Positions 1 through 10,185 of a stretch of 64,000 nucleotides of DNA are shown one piece after another (position 1 is the stretch's first letter; each line of letters opens with the position of its first letter). Source of the DNA: Actinomycetota bacterium. GTDB lineage: Bacteria > Actinomycetota > UBA4738 > HRBIN12. The DNA is taken from the NCBI GenBank assembly GCA_036555645.1, contig DATBLA010000185.1, forward strand, positions 17,694-81,693, read 5' to 3'. The position numbers were made by a program, and so were the translations under genes. A model generated the notes under the pieces. That model saw nothing but the letters and a program-made list of their open reading frames with translations, searched no databases and was not told the origin of the DNA.

Positions 1-1
1 C

Positions 2-463
2 GCCCAGGACGTCGGGTTCGCGATCAACCCGCAGAACGTCGTCGGCCAGATCGAGGGCGGCTCGGCCCAGGGGCTCGGTCTCGCCCTCATGGAGGAGATC
101 CGGCTCCGCGACGGACAGATCACGAACGCCTCGTTCACCGACTACCTCCTGCCGACGACGCTCGACATGCCCCCCGTCGAGGTCGAGCTGGTGGAGGAGC
201 CCGAGCCCGGCTCGCCGTTCGGGGTCAAGGGCGTGGGGGAGCCGTCGAACGTCGTGGCGCCGGCCGCGATCGTCTCGGCGATCCGCGCGGCGCTCGGCCG
301 GGACCTCCAGCGGATCCCCGTCACGCCCGACGACCTGGTCGGCCTTCGGCCGCCACCCGGGGTCCCGCCCTGGCCGCCCTCGCCCGACGTTCCGGGCCCC
401 GCTCCGACCCCCGAGACGGCGGGGATCCATCGAACCGGCGAGGTGCCCGCGCCGGACCGGTGA
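2..463 (+). CDS. C-terminal fragment of xanthine dehydrogenase/aldehyde oxidase family molybdopterin-binding subunit (5' partial)
   Basis: In-frame translation from window start (AQDVGFAINPQNVVGQIEGGSAQGLGLALMEE...TDYLLPTTLDMPPVEVELVEEPEPGSPFGVKGVGEPSNVVAPAAIVSAIRAALG) matches conserved C-terminus of Mo-hydroxylase large subunits. Confidence 0.6.
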   Translation, partial: AQDVGFAINPQNVVGQIEGGSAQGLGLALMEEIRLRDGQITNASFTDYLLPTTLDMPPVEVELVEEPEPGSPFGVKGVGEPSNVVAPAAIVSAIRAALGRDLQRIPVTPDDLVGLRPPPGVPPWPPSPDVPGPAPTPETAGIHRTGEVPAPDR

Positions 464-467
464 ACCT

Positions 468-497
468 TTGACGGAGCAACGAAACCGCAGGTAGCAT
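468..497 (+). promoter_or_regulatory. Putative sigma-70-type promoter (TTGACG-18nt-TAGCAT) upstream of rplM, followed by a small GC hairpin (CCGGCC-loop-GGCCGG, about 503-520) in the leader
   Basis: Read directly: ttgacg gagcaacgaaaccgcagg tagcat about 35 nt upstream of rplM ATG. Hexamers and spacing fit consensus. Confidence 0.3.
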
Positions 498-533
498 GGG
501 GCGTCCGGCCGTCTCCGGCCGGGCTTTCCACGT

Positions 534-1247
534 ATGAGGACCTACTCGCCGAAGCCGCGTGACATCGAGCGCCGCTGGTTCGTGATCGACGCCAGCGGCG
601 CCGTTCTGGGTCGCCTGGCGACCGAGGCCGCGGCGATCCTGCGCGGCAAGCACAAGCCGATCTTCGCCCCACACATGGACACGGGCGATCACGTGATCGT
701 CGTGAACGCGAAGGACGTGACGCTCTCCGGCGGCAAGCGGGAGACGAAGGTCGCCTACCGGCACTCCGGACACCCGGGGGGCCTGACGGCGACGCCGTAC
801 GGCAGGTTGCTCGTCGAGAAGCCGGCCTTCGCGGTGGAGAAGGCGATCAGGGGCATGTTGCCGAAGAACCGGCTCGGCCGCCAGATGGCGAGCAAGCTCA
901 AGGTCTACGCTGGTCCGGATCACCGGCACACCGCCCAGCAGCCGCAGCCGCTGAAGCTCGGCGAGATCCCGACGTGGGAGGGCCTGCCGTCACCGGCGGT
1001 TCCGGCGTCGGATCCGCCGGCGAAGGCCTCCACGGCGAAGCGGTCGAGCTCGGCGCAAGCCGGCGCGAAGCCCTCGGCCGCCAAGCGCTCGACCGCGACG
1101 AAGACCGCCGCGAGCGCCAAGCGATCGACCGCGAAGCGGACGAGCACCGCGAAGTCGACCACCGCGAAGCGATCCACCGCGAAGCGCTCCGCGGCCAAGC
1201 CGTCCACCGCGAAGCGGTCGACCCGCAAGACCACGAAGGAGGAGTAG
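534..1247 (+). CDS. rplM: 50S ribosomal protein L13 with about 90 aa Lys/Ala/Arg/Ser/Thr-rich C-terminal repeat extension
   Basis: N-terminus [29 protein letters not shown] is canonical L13. Core about 145 aa is followed by AKRSTAKRS-type repeats to 237 aa. Confidence 0.9.
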   Translation: MRTYSPKPRDIERRWFVIDASGAVLGRLATEAAAILRGKHKPIFAPHMDTGDHVIVVNAKDVTLSGGKRETKVAYRHSGHPGGLTATPYGRLLVEKPAFAVEKAIRGMLPKNRLGRQMASKLKVYAGPDHRHTAQQPQPLKLGEIPTWEGLPSPAVPASDPPAKASTAKRSSSAQAGAKPSAAKRSTATKTAASAKRSTAKRTSTAKSTTAKRSTAKRSAAKPSTAKRSTRKTTKEE

Positions 1248-1631
1248 GTGGCGCACATCGCAACCGGCCGTCGCAAGGAGGCCGTCGCGCGGGTTCGGCT
1301 CGCTCCCGGCACCGGGACGTTCGAGGTGAACGGCCGCTCGCTCGACGAGTACTTCACGACGCGCGCGGATCGCATCGTGGTCTCCGCCCCGCTACGTCTC
1401 GTCGGCAAGGACAAGGAGGTCGACGTCGTCGCCACGATCGAGGGCGGTGGTGTCTCGGGCCAGGCGGGCGCGCTCCGCCTCGGCATCGCCCGCGCGCTCA
1501 TCGAGCTCGATCCCGAGCTGCGTCCGGCGCTGAAGAGCGAGGGCTACCTGTCGCGGGACGCGCGCGAGAAGGAGCGGCGCAAGTACGGCCTCAAGAAGGC
1601 CCGCAAGGCGCCGCAGTACTCGAAGCGCTAG
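1248..1631 (+). CDS. rpsI: 30S ribosomal protein S9 (GTG start)
   Basis: Conserved S9 sequence ...[19 protein letters not shown]...[12 protein letters not shown] immediately after rplM. Confidence 0.9.
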   Translation: MAHIATGRRKEAVARVRLAPGTGTFEVNGRSLDEYFTTRADRIVVSAPLRLVGKDKEVDVVATIEGGGVSGQAGALRLGIARALIELDPELRPALKSEGYLSRDAREKERRKYGLKKARKAPQYSKR

Positions 1632-1867
1632 TCGTCGCCGGGTTCGCTCCTCGCCGGATCCGCCGCGGTGTCGCCCTGATCGAGGACGAGCCGAGCCTGG
1701 ACCTCGTGCGCGGCGGCGACGAAGACGTGGACGGGTCCCACCCGATAGGGGTCGTCGCCTCCACCCTTGAGCAGCACCGGGATGCCCTCGTCCTCCAGGC
1801 GCGACTTCACGATCTCGCCCTCCAGGCTCGACGACACGGTGCGCACGAGGACGAGCTCGTCGGTCAT
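1628..1867 (-). CDS. Small DUF2007-like protein (putative signal-transducing protein fold)
   Basis: 79 aa, pattern [27 protein letters not shown]...[17 protein letters not shown] resembles DUF2007. Sits convergently in the rpsI-glmM gap. Confidence 0.45.
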   Translation of the reverse strand: MTDELVLVRTVSSSLEGEIVKSRLEDEGIPVLLKGGGDDPYRVGPVHVFVAAAHEVQARLVLDQGDTAADPARSEPGDD

Positions 1868-1935
1868 GACCGCATTCTTCCATCCTCCGACGTGAGGCGT
1901 GGCCCGGCGGACGTTTCGAGTAGCCTTCGCGGCCG

Positions 1936-3261
1936 ATGGGACGACTCTTCGGGACCGACGGCGTCCGCGGTGTGTTCGGCCGGGATCTCACGACCGATCT
2001 CGCGCGTGAGCTCGGGAGGGCGGCGGTGGTCGTCCTGTCGCGGAGCGGAGGGCACCGTCCCGCCTTCGTCATCGGACGCGACACTCGGGGATCGGGTGCG
2101 CTCCTGGAGGACGCGCTCCTGGCCGGGATCGTGGACGCGGGTGGGGACGCCACCGTTGCCGGCGTGGTTCCGACGCCGGCGATCGCGTTCCTGACGACCG
2201 CCCTCGGGGCCGACTCGGGCGTCGTGATCTCGGCGTCGCACAACCCGCCACAGGACAACGGCATCAAGCTGTTCGGCAGCGGCGGGATCAAGCTCCCCGA
2301 CGCGGTGGAGGACGCCATCGAGGCCGAGATCGGCCGTGGTTCGGAGCCGGGGCCACCCGGTCGGCGACTCCCGGTCCCCCCGGACGCCCCCAGCTATCTC
2401 GAGCACGTCTCGGCCGCGGCCCGGGCACGCCTGGACGGGATGCGGGTCGTCGTCGACTGCGCGAACGGCTCCGCGAGCGGGTTCGCCCGTGAGGTCCTCG
2501 AGGGCCTCGGCGCGCGGGTCGAGACCATCCATGCCGATCCGGACGGCGCGAACATCAACGTGGGCTGCGGGGCCCTCCATCCCGAGGTCGTCGCCGGCGC
2601 GGTCGCGCGGTCCGGTGCGGATGCGGGGATCGCGTTCGACGGGGACGCGGATCGAGCGCTGTTCGCCGATGCCGGTGGCGGGGTGATCGACGGGGACCAG
2701 GTGCTGGCGGCCTGCGCGATCGCGATGCGGGCCGATGGGACGCTCACGGGCGACACGGTCGTCACGACGGTCATGTCCAACGTCGGCTTCCACCGCGCGA
2801 TGGCCGAGCACGGCATCCGCGTCGTCTCGGCGGCCGTCGGGGACCGGTACGTGCTCGAGCAGATGCTCGAGCACGACGCCGCGCTCGGGGGCGAGCAGTC
2901 CGGCCACGTGATCTTCCGCCACCACGCGACGACCGGAGACGGCCTGCTCACGGCCGTCTGGTTCCTGTCCCTGGCCGCCGAGCGGGGTGTGTCGGTCTCG
3001 GAGCTGGCGGCCGCCATGCGGAGATTCCCCCAGGTCCTTCGCAACGTCGAGGTGCCGCGGAAGGACGATCTCGGCGACGCCACGGGGGTCTGGGAGGCGG
3101 TGCGAGCCGCGGAGTCCCAGCTCGACGGGTCCGGGCGCGTGCTCGTTCGGGCCTCGGGGACCGAGCCACTGGTTCGGGTCATGGTCGAGGCCGAGACCGA
3201 GGACCTCGCTCGCCACCACGCCGACACGATCGCCGAGCACGTGGCGTCGGCGCTGGGCTGA
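1936..3261 (+). CDS. glmM: Phosphoglucosamine mutase
   Basis: MGRLFGTDGVRGV... and the active-site SASHNPPQDNGIK motif. Confidence 0.9.
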   Translation: MGRLFGTDGVRGVFGRDLTTDLARELGRAAVVVLSRSGGHRPAFVIGRDTRGSGALLEDALLAGIVDAGGDATVAGVVPTPAIAFLTTALGADSGVVISASHNPPQDNGIKLFGSGGIKLPDAVEDAIEAEIGRGSEPGPPGRRLPVPPDAPSYLEHVSAAARARLDGMRVVVDCANGSASGFAREVLEGLGARVETIHADPDGANINVGCGALHPEVVAGAVARSGADAGIAFDGDADRALFADAGGGVIDGDQVLAACAIAMRADGTLTGDTVVTTVMSNVGFHRAMAEHGIRVVSAAVGDRYVLEQMLEHDAALGGEQSGHVIFRHHATTGDGLLTAVWFLSLAAERGVSVSELAAAMRRFPQVLRNVEVPRKDDLGDATGVWEAVRAAESQLDGSGRVLVRASGTEPLVRVMVEAETEDLARHHADTIAEHVASALG

Positions 3262-3312
3262 CCGTTCGGCGGAGGCGTCGGCCCGAGACCGGCTGCTACC
3301 CTCGAAGCTCGA

Positions 3313-5136
3313 ATGTGCGGCATCGTGGGCTATGTCGGCCCCGACGAGGCACTCCCGATCGTGCTCGAGGGACTTCGGCGTCTCGAGTACCGGGGGTACG
3401 ACTCCGCGGGCGTTGCGATGATCGACGGCGACCTGTCCGTCGTGAAGCGAGCCGGCAAGCTCTCGGAGCTGGATTCGGCGCTGGGTGAGCAGGCCGCGCC
3501 GTCCGGCTCGGTGGGGATGGGGCACACGCGCTGGGCGACGCACGGCGCCCCGACGGATCGCAACGCCCACCCGCACGTCGATTGCCACGGCCGGGTGGCC
3601 GTGATCCACAACGGCATCATCGAGAACTTCGCCGATCTGCGCGAAGGTCTCGAGAAGGCCGGGCATCGGCTCGACTCCGAGACGGACACCGAGGTCGTGG
3701 CCCACCTGATCGAGGACAAGCAGGGTTCGCTTCCCGACCGCGTCCGAGCCACGGTGCGGGAGCTGGAGGGCTCGTACGCGCTCGTCGTCGTGTCGACGGA
3801 CGAGCCGGACCTGATCGTCGGGGTCAAGGTGGCGTCGCCCCTCATCGTGGGACTCGGCCGGGGCGAGAACCTGCTCGCCTCCGACATCCCGGCGGTCCTG
3901 CAGAAGACCCGGACGGTGGTGCCGATCGACGAGCGCCAGGTCGTCGAGGTCCGCGCGCACGACGTTCGCGTCACCGACTTCGACGGCAACGAGATCCAGG
4001 TCGAGCCCTTCGAGGTGGAGTGGGACGTCGCCCGCGCCCAGAAGGGCGGGTTCGACCACTTCATGCTGAAGGAGATCCACGAGCAACCCTCGGCGATCCG
4101 AGACACGCTCCTCGGACGGGTGAGCGACCAGGGCTTGCTGGCGCTCGACGAGGTGCACGTGGAGACCGACGTGCTGCGCGAGGTCGACAAGGTCTTCGTC
4201 GTGGCGTGCGGGACCGCGTTCCACTCGGGCCTCGTCGCGAAGTACGCGATCGAGCACTGGACGCGCCTGCCCGTGGAGATCGACATCGCCTCGGAGTTCC
4301 GGTACCGCGATCCGGTCCTCGGGCCCGACACGCTGACGCTCGCGGTGAGCCAGTCCGGCGAGACGATCGACACGCTTGAGGCCGCCCGGCACGCCTCCCA
4401 CCAGGGCTCGAAGGTCCTGGCCGTCACGAACACGATCGGCTCGTCGCTGGCCCGGGAGGCGGACGCGGTCATGTACACGCACGCCGGCCCGGAGATCTGC
4501 GTCGCGGCCACGAAGACGTTCGCGACGCAGATGGCGGCGCTCCACCTCGTCGCCCTGTACCTGGCGCAGGTCCGTGGAGCGATGTTCCCCGAGGAGATCA
4601 TCGAGACCGTCAGCCGCCTGGAGGAGCTGCCCGAGCAGGTGGAGCGGACGCTCGCCCTCGAGGAGCAGGTCCGCGCGATCGCGGCCGAGCTCCGGGACAC
4701 CCGCGACGTGCTGTTCATCGGCCGCCACACGGGGTACCCGGCGGCCCTCGAGGGAGCCCTGAAGCTGAAGGAGCTCTCGTACCTCCACGCCGAGGGATAC
4801 CCGGCCGGCGAGCTGAAGCACGGACCGATCGCGCTCGTCGAGGAGGGCGTCCCCGTCGTCGCCGTCGCGACCGAGTGCCACGTCTACCCGAAGGTCCTGT
4901 CGAACATCCAGGAGGTCCGCGCTCGGGGCGCCGACGTCATCGCCGTCGCGAGCGAGGGGGACGAGGAGATCGGCGCGTACGCGAAGCACGTGATCTTCGT
5001 GCCGCGCGTCCCCGAGCTGTTCGCGCCGGTCGTCGTCACGCCGCCGCTGCAGATGCTCGCTTACCACGTGGCGAAGATGCGCGGCTGCGACGTCGACCAG
5101 CCGCGGAACCTCGCGAAGAGCGTCACGGTCGAGTAA
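3313..5136 (+). CDS. glmS: Glutamine--fructose-6-phosphate aminotransferase (isomerizing)
   Basis: MCGIVGYVG N-terminal nucleophile, two SIS domains, C-terminal ...KSVTVE. Confidence 0.95.
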   Translation: MCGIVGYVGPDEALPIVLEGLRRLEYRGYDSAGVAMIDGDLSVVKRAGKLSELDSALGEQAAPSGSVGMGHTRWATHGAPTDRNAHPHVDCHGRVAVIHNGIIENFADLREGLEKAGHRLDSETDTEVVAHLIEDKQGSLPDRVRATVRELEGSYALVVVSTDEPDLIVGVKVASPLIVGLGRGENLLASDIPAVLQKTRTVVPIDERQVVEVRAHDVRVTDFDGNEIQVEPFEVEWDVARAQKGGFDHFMLKEIHEQPSAIRDTLLGRVSDQGLLALDEVHVETDVLREVDKVFVVACGTAFHSGLVAKYAIEHWTRLPVEIDIASEFRYRDPVLGPDTLTLAVSQSGETIDTLEAARHASHQGSKVLAVTNTIGSSLAREADAVMYTHAGPEICVAATKTFATQMAALHLVALYLAQVRGAMFPEEIIETVSRLEELPEQVERTLALEEQVRAIAAELRDTRDVLFIGRHTGYPAALEGALKLKELSYLHAEGYPAGELKHGPIALVEEGVPVVAVATECHVYPKVLSNIQEVRARGADVIAVASEGDEEIGAYAKHVIFVPRVPELFAPVVVTPPLQMLAYHVAKMRGCDVDQPRNLAKSVTVE

Positions 5137-5172
5137 CGGTTCCCGGCCCGTCGGGGCGGCTACCCTACCCAG

Positions 5173-5547
5173 GTGGAGATCCTCGGTCTCGGGGTCGACA
5201 TCTGCGAGATCGCCCGGATGGAGCGGGCCCTGGACCGGCACCCGACGATGCGCGATCGGGTCTTCACGCCCGAGGAACGGGCGTACTGCGACTCGAAGGC
5301 CCGACCGGCGGAGTCGTACGCGGGGCGCTTCGCGGCGCGCGAGGCGGTGATCAAGGCGCTCGGCGGATACCGGGGGAGGGGGTGGCAGGAGATCTCCGTG
5401 ATCCGGTCGCCATCGGGAGCGCCGGCGATCCGACTGGAGGGCAGGGCCAGGCGCCGCGCGGACGAGCTCGGGATCGCGCGGGTGCTCGTCACGATGACCC
5501 ATGAACGAGCGAGCGCCGTGGCGTTCGCGGTGGCGGTGTCCGAGTGA
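5173..5547 (+). CDS. acpS: Holo-[acyl-carrier-protein] synthase (GTG start)
   Basis: ILGLGVDICEIARMERAL... typical 4'-phosphopantetheinyl transferase, 124 aa. Confidence 0.85.
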   Translation: MEILGLGVDICEIARMERALDRHPTMRDRVFTPEERAYCDSKARPAESYAGRFAAREAVIKALGGYRGRGWQEISVIRSPSGAPAIRLEGRARRRADELGIARVLVTMTHERASAVAFAVAVSE

Positions 5548-7067
5548 GGCCGGTCCTCCTGCCGGCCGAGGCGCAGGAGCTCGACCGAGCGTCGCAGGCA
5601 CGGGGCATCGGCGCCTCCGATCTCATGGAGGCCGCCGGGGGGGAGGTCGCCGACGCGGCACGCCGTCTCCTCGGCGGCGTCTACGGGCGTCGCGCCGCGG
5701 TCGTCTGCGGGCCGGGCAACAACGGCGGCGACGGGTTCGTGGCCGCCCGGCATCTGGCCGCGGCGGGAGTCGGAACGACGGTGATCCTCCTCGAGGACCC
5801 GGAGGCCTTCCGGGAGCCGGCCGGGTCCAACCTGCGAGCCCTGCGAGCCACGCCCGCGCGCATCCGCCCCGCGTCGACCGCGGTGCTCGGACGCGAGCTG
5901 GGCCGCGCGGGCGTCGTCGTCGACGCGATCTTCGGAACCGGGTTCCACGGTGTGGCCGCCGGCGCGGCCGCGCAGGCCATCGCCGCGATCAACGCCGCGC
6001 GGGTGCCCGTCGTCGCCGTCGACATCCCCTCCGGCGTGGACGGCGGCACCGGGGCGGTCGAGGGGGAGGCGGTTCGCGCGGATCTCACCGTGACCTTCGG
6101 GGCACCGAAGCCGGGCGTGATCCTGTTCCCGGGAGCGGCGCTCGCGGGTGTCGTCGAGGTGGAGCCGATCGGCTTCCCGCCGGACCTGATCCGAGGCGAG
6201 ATCGAGCTCGTCGAGCCCGAGGACGTCGCCGCGTGGCTGCCGACCCGCGAGGCCGAGAGCCACAAGCGGTCCGCCGGCTACGGCGTCGTGATCGCGGGCT
6301 CCAGGTCGATGACCGGAGCCGCGGCGCTCGCAGGCCGAGGGGCGTACGCAGCGGGGGCCGGCCTCGTCGCCGTCGCCGTCCCCGAAGGCATCCTTCCCGT
6401 GCTGCAGGGGCTCCTCACCGAGGCGGTCTTCGTCCCGCTGCCTGAGACCGCCGAGGGGGCCGCGTCGGGAGGCTCGGCCCGGCTTGACGACGTCCTCGCG
6501 CAGGCCGGCGCGCTCGCCATCGGCCCGGGGATGACGGCGAACGAGACGACCGCCGCGTGGGTGCGTGAGGTCCTGCGGGCGAGCGAGATCCCGGTCGTCC
6601 TGGACGCCGACGGGCTGAACGCGTTCGCCGGGCGGCCCGAGGACCTGGCGGACCGCAAGGCCGAGATCGTGCTCACCCCCCACGCCGGCGAGTTCGCACG
6701 GCTCGCGGGCATCGGCGCGGCCGACGTGGTCCGGGATCGGATCGCGCGCGTTCGCGAGCTGGCCGGACGCACCGGGGCCGTCGTGCTCCTGAAGGGGAGC
6801 CGCACGGTCATCGGGACCCCGGACGGCCGCATCCGGATCGTCGCGACCGGGGGACCGTTCCTCGCGACCGGCGGCACCGGGGACGTGCTCACCGGGATGA
6901 TCGTCGCCCTGCTCGCGGGCGGGCTGGCTCCGGCCGACGCGGCCGCTGCGGCGGCGTTCGTGCACGGAGTGGCCGGCCGCACCGCTGCCGAGGGCCGGTC
7001 GGGACGGATCACCGCCGGGGACGTCGTCGCTCGGATCCCCGAGGCCATCGAGGAGATCGCCGGATGA
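5544..7067 (+). CDS. nnr: Bifunctional NAD(P)H-hydrate repair enzyme (epimerase/ADP-dependent dehydratase)
   Basis: N-terminal YjeF-N (CGPGNNGGDG) plus C-terminal carbohydrate-kinase-like domain (GGTGDVLTG). 4-bp overlap with acpS. Confidence 0.85.
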   Translation: MRPVLLPAEAQELDRASQARGIGASDLMEAAGGEVADAARRLLGGVYGRRAAVVCGPGNNGGDGFVAARHLAAAGVGTTVILLEDPEAFREPAGSNLRALRATPARIRPASTAVLGRELGRAGVVVDAIFGTGFHGVAAGAAAQAIAAINAARVPVVAVDIPSGVDGGTGAVEGEAVRADLTVTFGAPKPGVILFPGAALAGVVEVEPIGFPPDLIRGEIELVEPEDVAAWLPTREAESHKRSAGYGVVIAGSRSMTGAAALAGRGAYAAGAGLVAVAVPEGILPVLQGLLTEAVFVPLPETAEGAASGGSARLDDVLAQAGALAIGPGMTANETTAAWVREVLRASEIPVVLDADGLNAFAGRPEDLADRKAEIVLTPHAGEFARLAGIGAADVVRDRIARVRELAGRTGAVVLLKGSRTVIGTPDGRIRIVATGGPFLATGGTGDVLTGMIVALLAGGLAPADAAAAAAFVHGVAGRTAAEGRSGRITAGDVVARIPEAIEEIAG

Positions 7068-8170
7068 GGCGCTTTCGGCCCACGGTCGTCGAGGTCGACC
7101 TCGACGCGGTCCGCCGGAACGTCCGTCGCCTGCTCGTCGAGGACGCGGGCCTCATGGCCGTGGTCAAGGCCGACGGCTACGGCCACGGCGATGCCGAGGT
7201 GGCGCGCGCGGCGCTCGAGGCCGGCGCGGGATGGCTGGGGGTCGCCCTGGTCGAGGAGGGACTCGGGCTTCGAGATCGGGGGATCGACGCGCCGATCCTC
7301 GTGCTCTCCGAGTTCCCCGCGGGATCGGAGAAGGAGGCCCTTGCTGGAGATCTCACGCCGAGCGTCTACACACGCGAGGGCCTCGCGGCCCTCGCCGAGG
7401 CGGCCCGAGCCGGCGGCCGAGCCGTCGGCGTCCATCTCAAGCTCGACACCGGGATGCACCGGGTGGGGGTGTGGCCCCCCGAGGAGGGGCCGGCGTTCGC
7501 CCGCGACATCGCCGAGGCCGGTCTGAGGCTCGACGGGGTGTGGACGCACTTCCCCGACGCCGAACGAGACGACGACGGCACGCGCGCCCGGCTGGCGCGG
7601 TTCCGAGCCGTGCTCGAGCGCATGCGCGCTGCCGGGGTCGCGCCATCGCTCGCCCACGCCGCGAACAGCGCGGCGACGATCCGCGTTCCCGAATCGCGTC
7701 TGGATCTCGTCCGGCCGGGGGCGGCCGTCTACGGCCTGGATCCGGGCGACGGCATCGGTCCCGCGGCCGGCCTCGAGCCCGCGCTCACGTGGCGATCGGC
7801 CGTCTCGATGGTGAAACGTCTTCTCCCCGGCGAACGTGTCTCCTACGGGGGGCGGTTTCTCGTCGATCGAGCCTCGACCATCGCGACGGTCCCGGTCGGC
7901 TACGACGACGGCTTCCCGAGGTCGGCCGAGGGTCGAGCCGAGGTGCTGGTCCGCGGCCGGCGTTGCCCGGTCATCGGCGCCGTCACGATGGATCAGATCC
8001 TCGTCGACTGCGGCGACGACGAGGTCGTGGCCGGCGACGAGGTCGTGATCGCCGGAGCCCAGGGCGCCGAGCGGATCTCGCTCGACGACCTGGCGTCGGC
8101 GTGCGGGACGATCGGACGCGAGCTCGCCACGGGGATCGGGGCTCGGGTTCCCAGGGAGTACCTCGGGTGA
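7064..8170 (+). CDS. alr: Alanine racemase
   Basis: AVVKADGYGHG PLP-lysine motif. 4-bp overlap with nnr. Confidence 0.9.
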   Translation: MRRFRPTVVEVDLDAVRRNVRRLLVEDAGLMAVVKADGYGHGDAEVARAALEAGAGWLGVALVEEGLGLRDRGIDAPILVLSEFPAGSEKEALAGDLTPSVYTREGLAALAEAARAGGRAVGVHLKLDTGMHRVGVWPPEEGPAFARDIAEAGLRLDGVWTHFPDAERDDDGTRARLARFRAVLERMRAAGVAPSLAHAANSAATIRVPESRLDLVRPGAAVYGLDPGDGIGPAAGLEPALTWRSAVSMVKRLLPGERVSYGGRFLVDRASTIATVPVGYDDGFPRSAEGRAEVLVRGRRCPVIGAVTMDQILVDCGDDEVVAGDEVVIAGAQGAERISLDDLASACGTIGRELATGIGARVPREYLG

Positions 8171-9210
8171 GCCGCAAGCGCGCCGCGCTCGTCACGGCCG
8201 GGATCGCTGCCGGCGCCGTCGCCAGCGGCGTGATCGGCCGCACGGTCCTGAACGCCCGGAGGCGGAAGGACGACCCCGAGGCGCACGAGCAGCTGTCGAC
8301 GCCGCCGCCCGAGGATCTCGGGACGGTTCGCTCGTTCGACGGGACCGAGCTTGCGGTGCGTGCCGCGGGGGACCCGGCGCGACCGGCGATCGTGTTCGTC
8401 CACGGGTTCAGCCTGGACATGACGACGTGGCACTACCAGTGGAAGGAGCTGTCCTCGCGGTACCGCTGCATCCTGTTCGACTTCCGATCCCACGGCCGGA
8501 GCGGTCGCGCCGCCGGTGGGGACCTGTCGCCGCTCGCGTTCGGGCACGATCTCGCGGCCGTGCTCGACGCGGTGGTGCCGGGCCAGCGCGTGCTCCTCGT
8601 CGGTCACAGCATGGGGGCGATGGCGATCCTGTCGATGGCGGAGACGCGGCCGGACCTGTTCGAGGGGTCGGTGGCCGGGGTGGTGATCGCCGGCTCGGCC
8701 GCGAGCGATCTCGTTCGCGGCGCCGTGGGTTCGGTCACCGAGCTCCTGCGGCCGCGCCTGGGCTCGCTGCGGCAGGCCGCCCGGCGCGTGAATCGCCTCC
8801 GTCGAACCGTGCTGGCCACCCCGGGCGACATCGCCCAGATCGTGGCGCGGATGACGCAGTTCGGACCCGATGCCTCTCCCCACGTCGTGAGCTACATCGT
8901 CGAGCTGGCCGCGCGAGCCCCCTCCGAGGTCTGGACCGACGGGCTGGCGGGGCTCATGGACATGGACCTGCGGCACGCCCTCCGACACTTGCGCGTTCCC
9001 ACGCTCGTGATCGTGGGCGACCAGGATCGAATGACGCCGCCGTCGGCTTCGGTCGCCCTCGTCGACGAGCTTCCCGACGGTCGTCTCCAGATCGTCGAGG
9101 GCGCCGGGCACTTCCCGATGATGGAGGCGCACGAGGAGTTCAGCCGCCGGGTCGCCGCGTTCGCCGGTTCGGTGTTGCGCGCGCGGCGAGGCCGGCGGAG
9201 GACCGCGTGA
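8167..9210 (+). CDS. Alpha/beta-fold hydrolase (GTG start, overlapping the alr stop)
   Basis: HGFSLDMTTWHYQW...GHSMG nucleophile elbow...GAGHFPMME. The 7231..9210 track ORF is an upstream read-through of the same frame. Confidence 0.7.
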   Translation: MSRKRAALVTAGIAAGAVASGVIGRTVLNARRRKDDPEAHEQLSTPPPEDLGTVRSFDGTELAVRAAGDPARPAIVFVHGFSLDMTTWHYQWKELSSRYRCILFDFRSHGRSGRAAGGDLSPLAFGHDLAAVLDAVVPGQRVLLVGHSMGAMAILSMAETRPDLFEGSVAGVVIAGSAASDLVRGAVGSVTELLRPRLGSLRQAARRVNRLRRTVLATPGDIAQIVARMTQFGPDASPHVVSYIVELAARAPSEVWTDGLAGLMDMDLRHALRHLRVPTLVIVGDQDRMTPPSASVALVDELPDGRLQIVEGAGHFPMMEAHEEFSRRVAAFAGSVLRARRGRRRTA

Positions 9211-9229
9211 GCCGGTCCGAGGTCCTTCG

Positions 9230-10144
9230 GTGACCGAACGGGTCCCGGGGATCCGCGTCGGGCACTCGACGGACCTGAGTGGGGTCACGGGATGCACCGT
9301 CGTCCTGTGTCCGCCCGGGACGATCGGATCGGTGGATGTGAAGGGCGGGGCGCCGGGCACGCGCGAAACCGACGCGATCCGTCCCGGGACGTCGGTCGCC
9401 GAGTGTCATGCGGTGGTCCTGGCCGGCGGCAGCGCGTTCGGCCTGGAGGCGGCGACCGGGGTCGTTCGATGGCTGGAGGAGCGGGGTGTCGGGTTCGACA
9501 CGCGGGTGGCCCGGGTGCCGATCGTGCCCGGCGCCGTCCTGTTCGACCTCGGGATCGGGGATCCGCTCGCGCGCCCGGACGCCTCGGCCGGGTACGCCGC
9601 CTGCGAGGACGCGATCGAGGGCCCGATCGCCCAGGGGAGCGTCGGCGCCGGGACGGGGGCCGTCTTCGCCAAGGTGCCGGATCCCTCGGCGGGATGGAAG
9701 GGCGGGGTCGGCGAGGCCGGACACCGGGACGGTGAGGCGATCGTGTGGGCGCTCGCCGCGGTCAACGCCCTCGGGACGGTGTTGGACGAGGACGGCGCGC
9801 CGCTGGTCGAGAATCGGAACCCGACGGCCGACCCGCTCCTGTGGCCCGAGGTCAACACGACCCTGGTCGTCGTCGCGACGAACGCGACGCTGTCGAAGGA
9901 GCGGGCGCAGCTCCTGGCCCAGGCGGGGAGCGAGGGCCTCTCGCTCGTCGTGAGCCCGGCGCATACGATGTGGGACGGCGACGTGGTGTTCGCGCTCGCG
10001 ACCGGGCTCGTGGACGTTCCCCAACCCCGGCTCGAGTCGCTCGCGACGCGGGCCGCGAGCGATGCCATCCGCAGCGCGGTTCGCGCGGCGCAGCCGCTCG
10101 GCGGCATCCCCGCGCTCGGGGCCCCGGGCGAAGGGACCGGGTAG
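9230..10144 (+). CDS. P1-family (DmpA/S58-like) peptidase
   Basis: GIRVGHSTDLSGVTGCTVVL...VVLAGGSAFGLEAA pattern of L-aminopeptidase DmpA/ArgJ-fold peptidases. Confidence 0.65.
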   Translation: MTERVPGIRVGHSTDLSGVTGCTVVLCPPGTIGSVDVKGGAPGTRETDAIRPGTSVAECHAVVLAGGSAFGLEAATGVVRWLEERGVGFDTRVARVPIVPGAVLFDLGIGDPLARPDASAGYAACEDAIEGPIAQGSVGAGTGAVFAKVPDPSAGWKGGVGEAGHRDGEAIVWALAAVNALGTVLDEDGAPLVENRNPTADPLLWPEVNTTLVVVATNATLSKERAQLLAQAGSEGLSLVVSPAHTMWDGDVVFALATGLVDVPQPRLESLATRAASDAIRSAVRAAQPLGGIPALGAPGEGTG

Positions 10145-10185
10145 GAGCGGTCGGCCACGTCGAGCGCGAGGCGTGAGGGGGAGAC

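Noticed and set aside
1864-5601. 1245-aa minus-strand ORF and many other long minus-strand ORFs (e.g. 5160..6965, 6278..7657, 24788..26332, 38716..41232, 49748..51604, 56192..58912)
   Set aside because: They lie antisense to well-supported plus-strand genes (glmM/glmS, nnr, adenylation enzyme, groEL and others). Their translations are Arg/Pro/Gly-rich low-complexity sequence typical of stop-poor antisense frames in very high-GC DNA.
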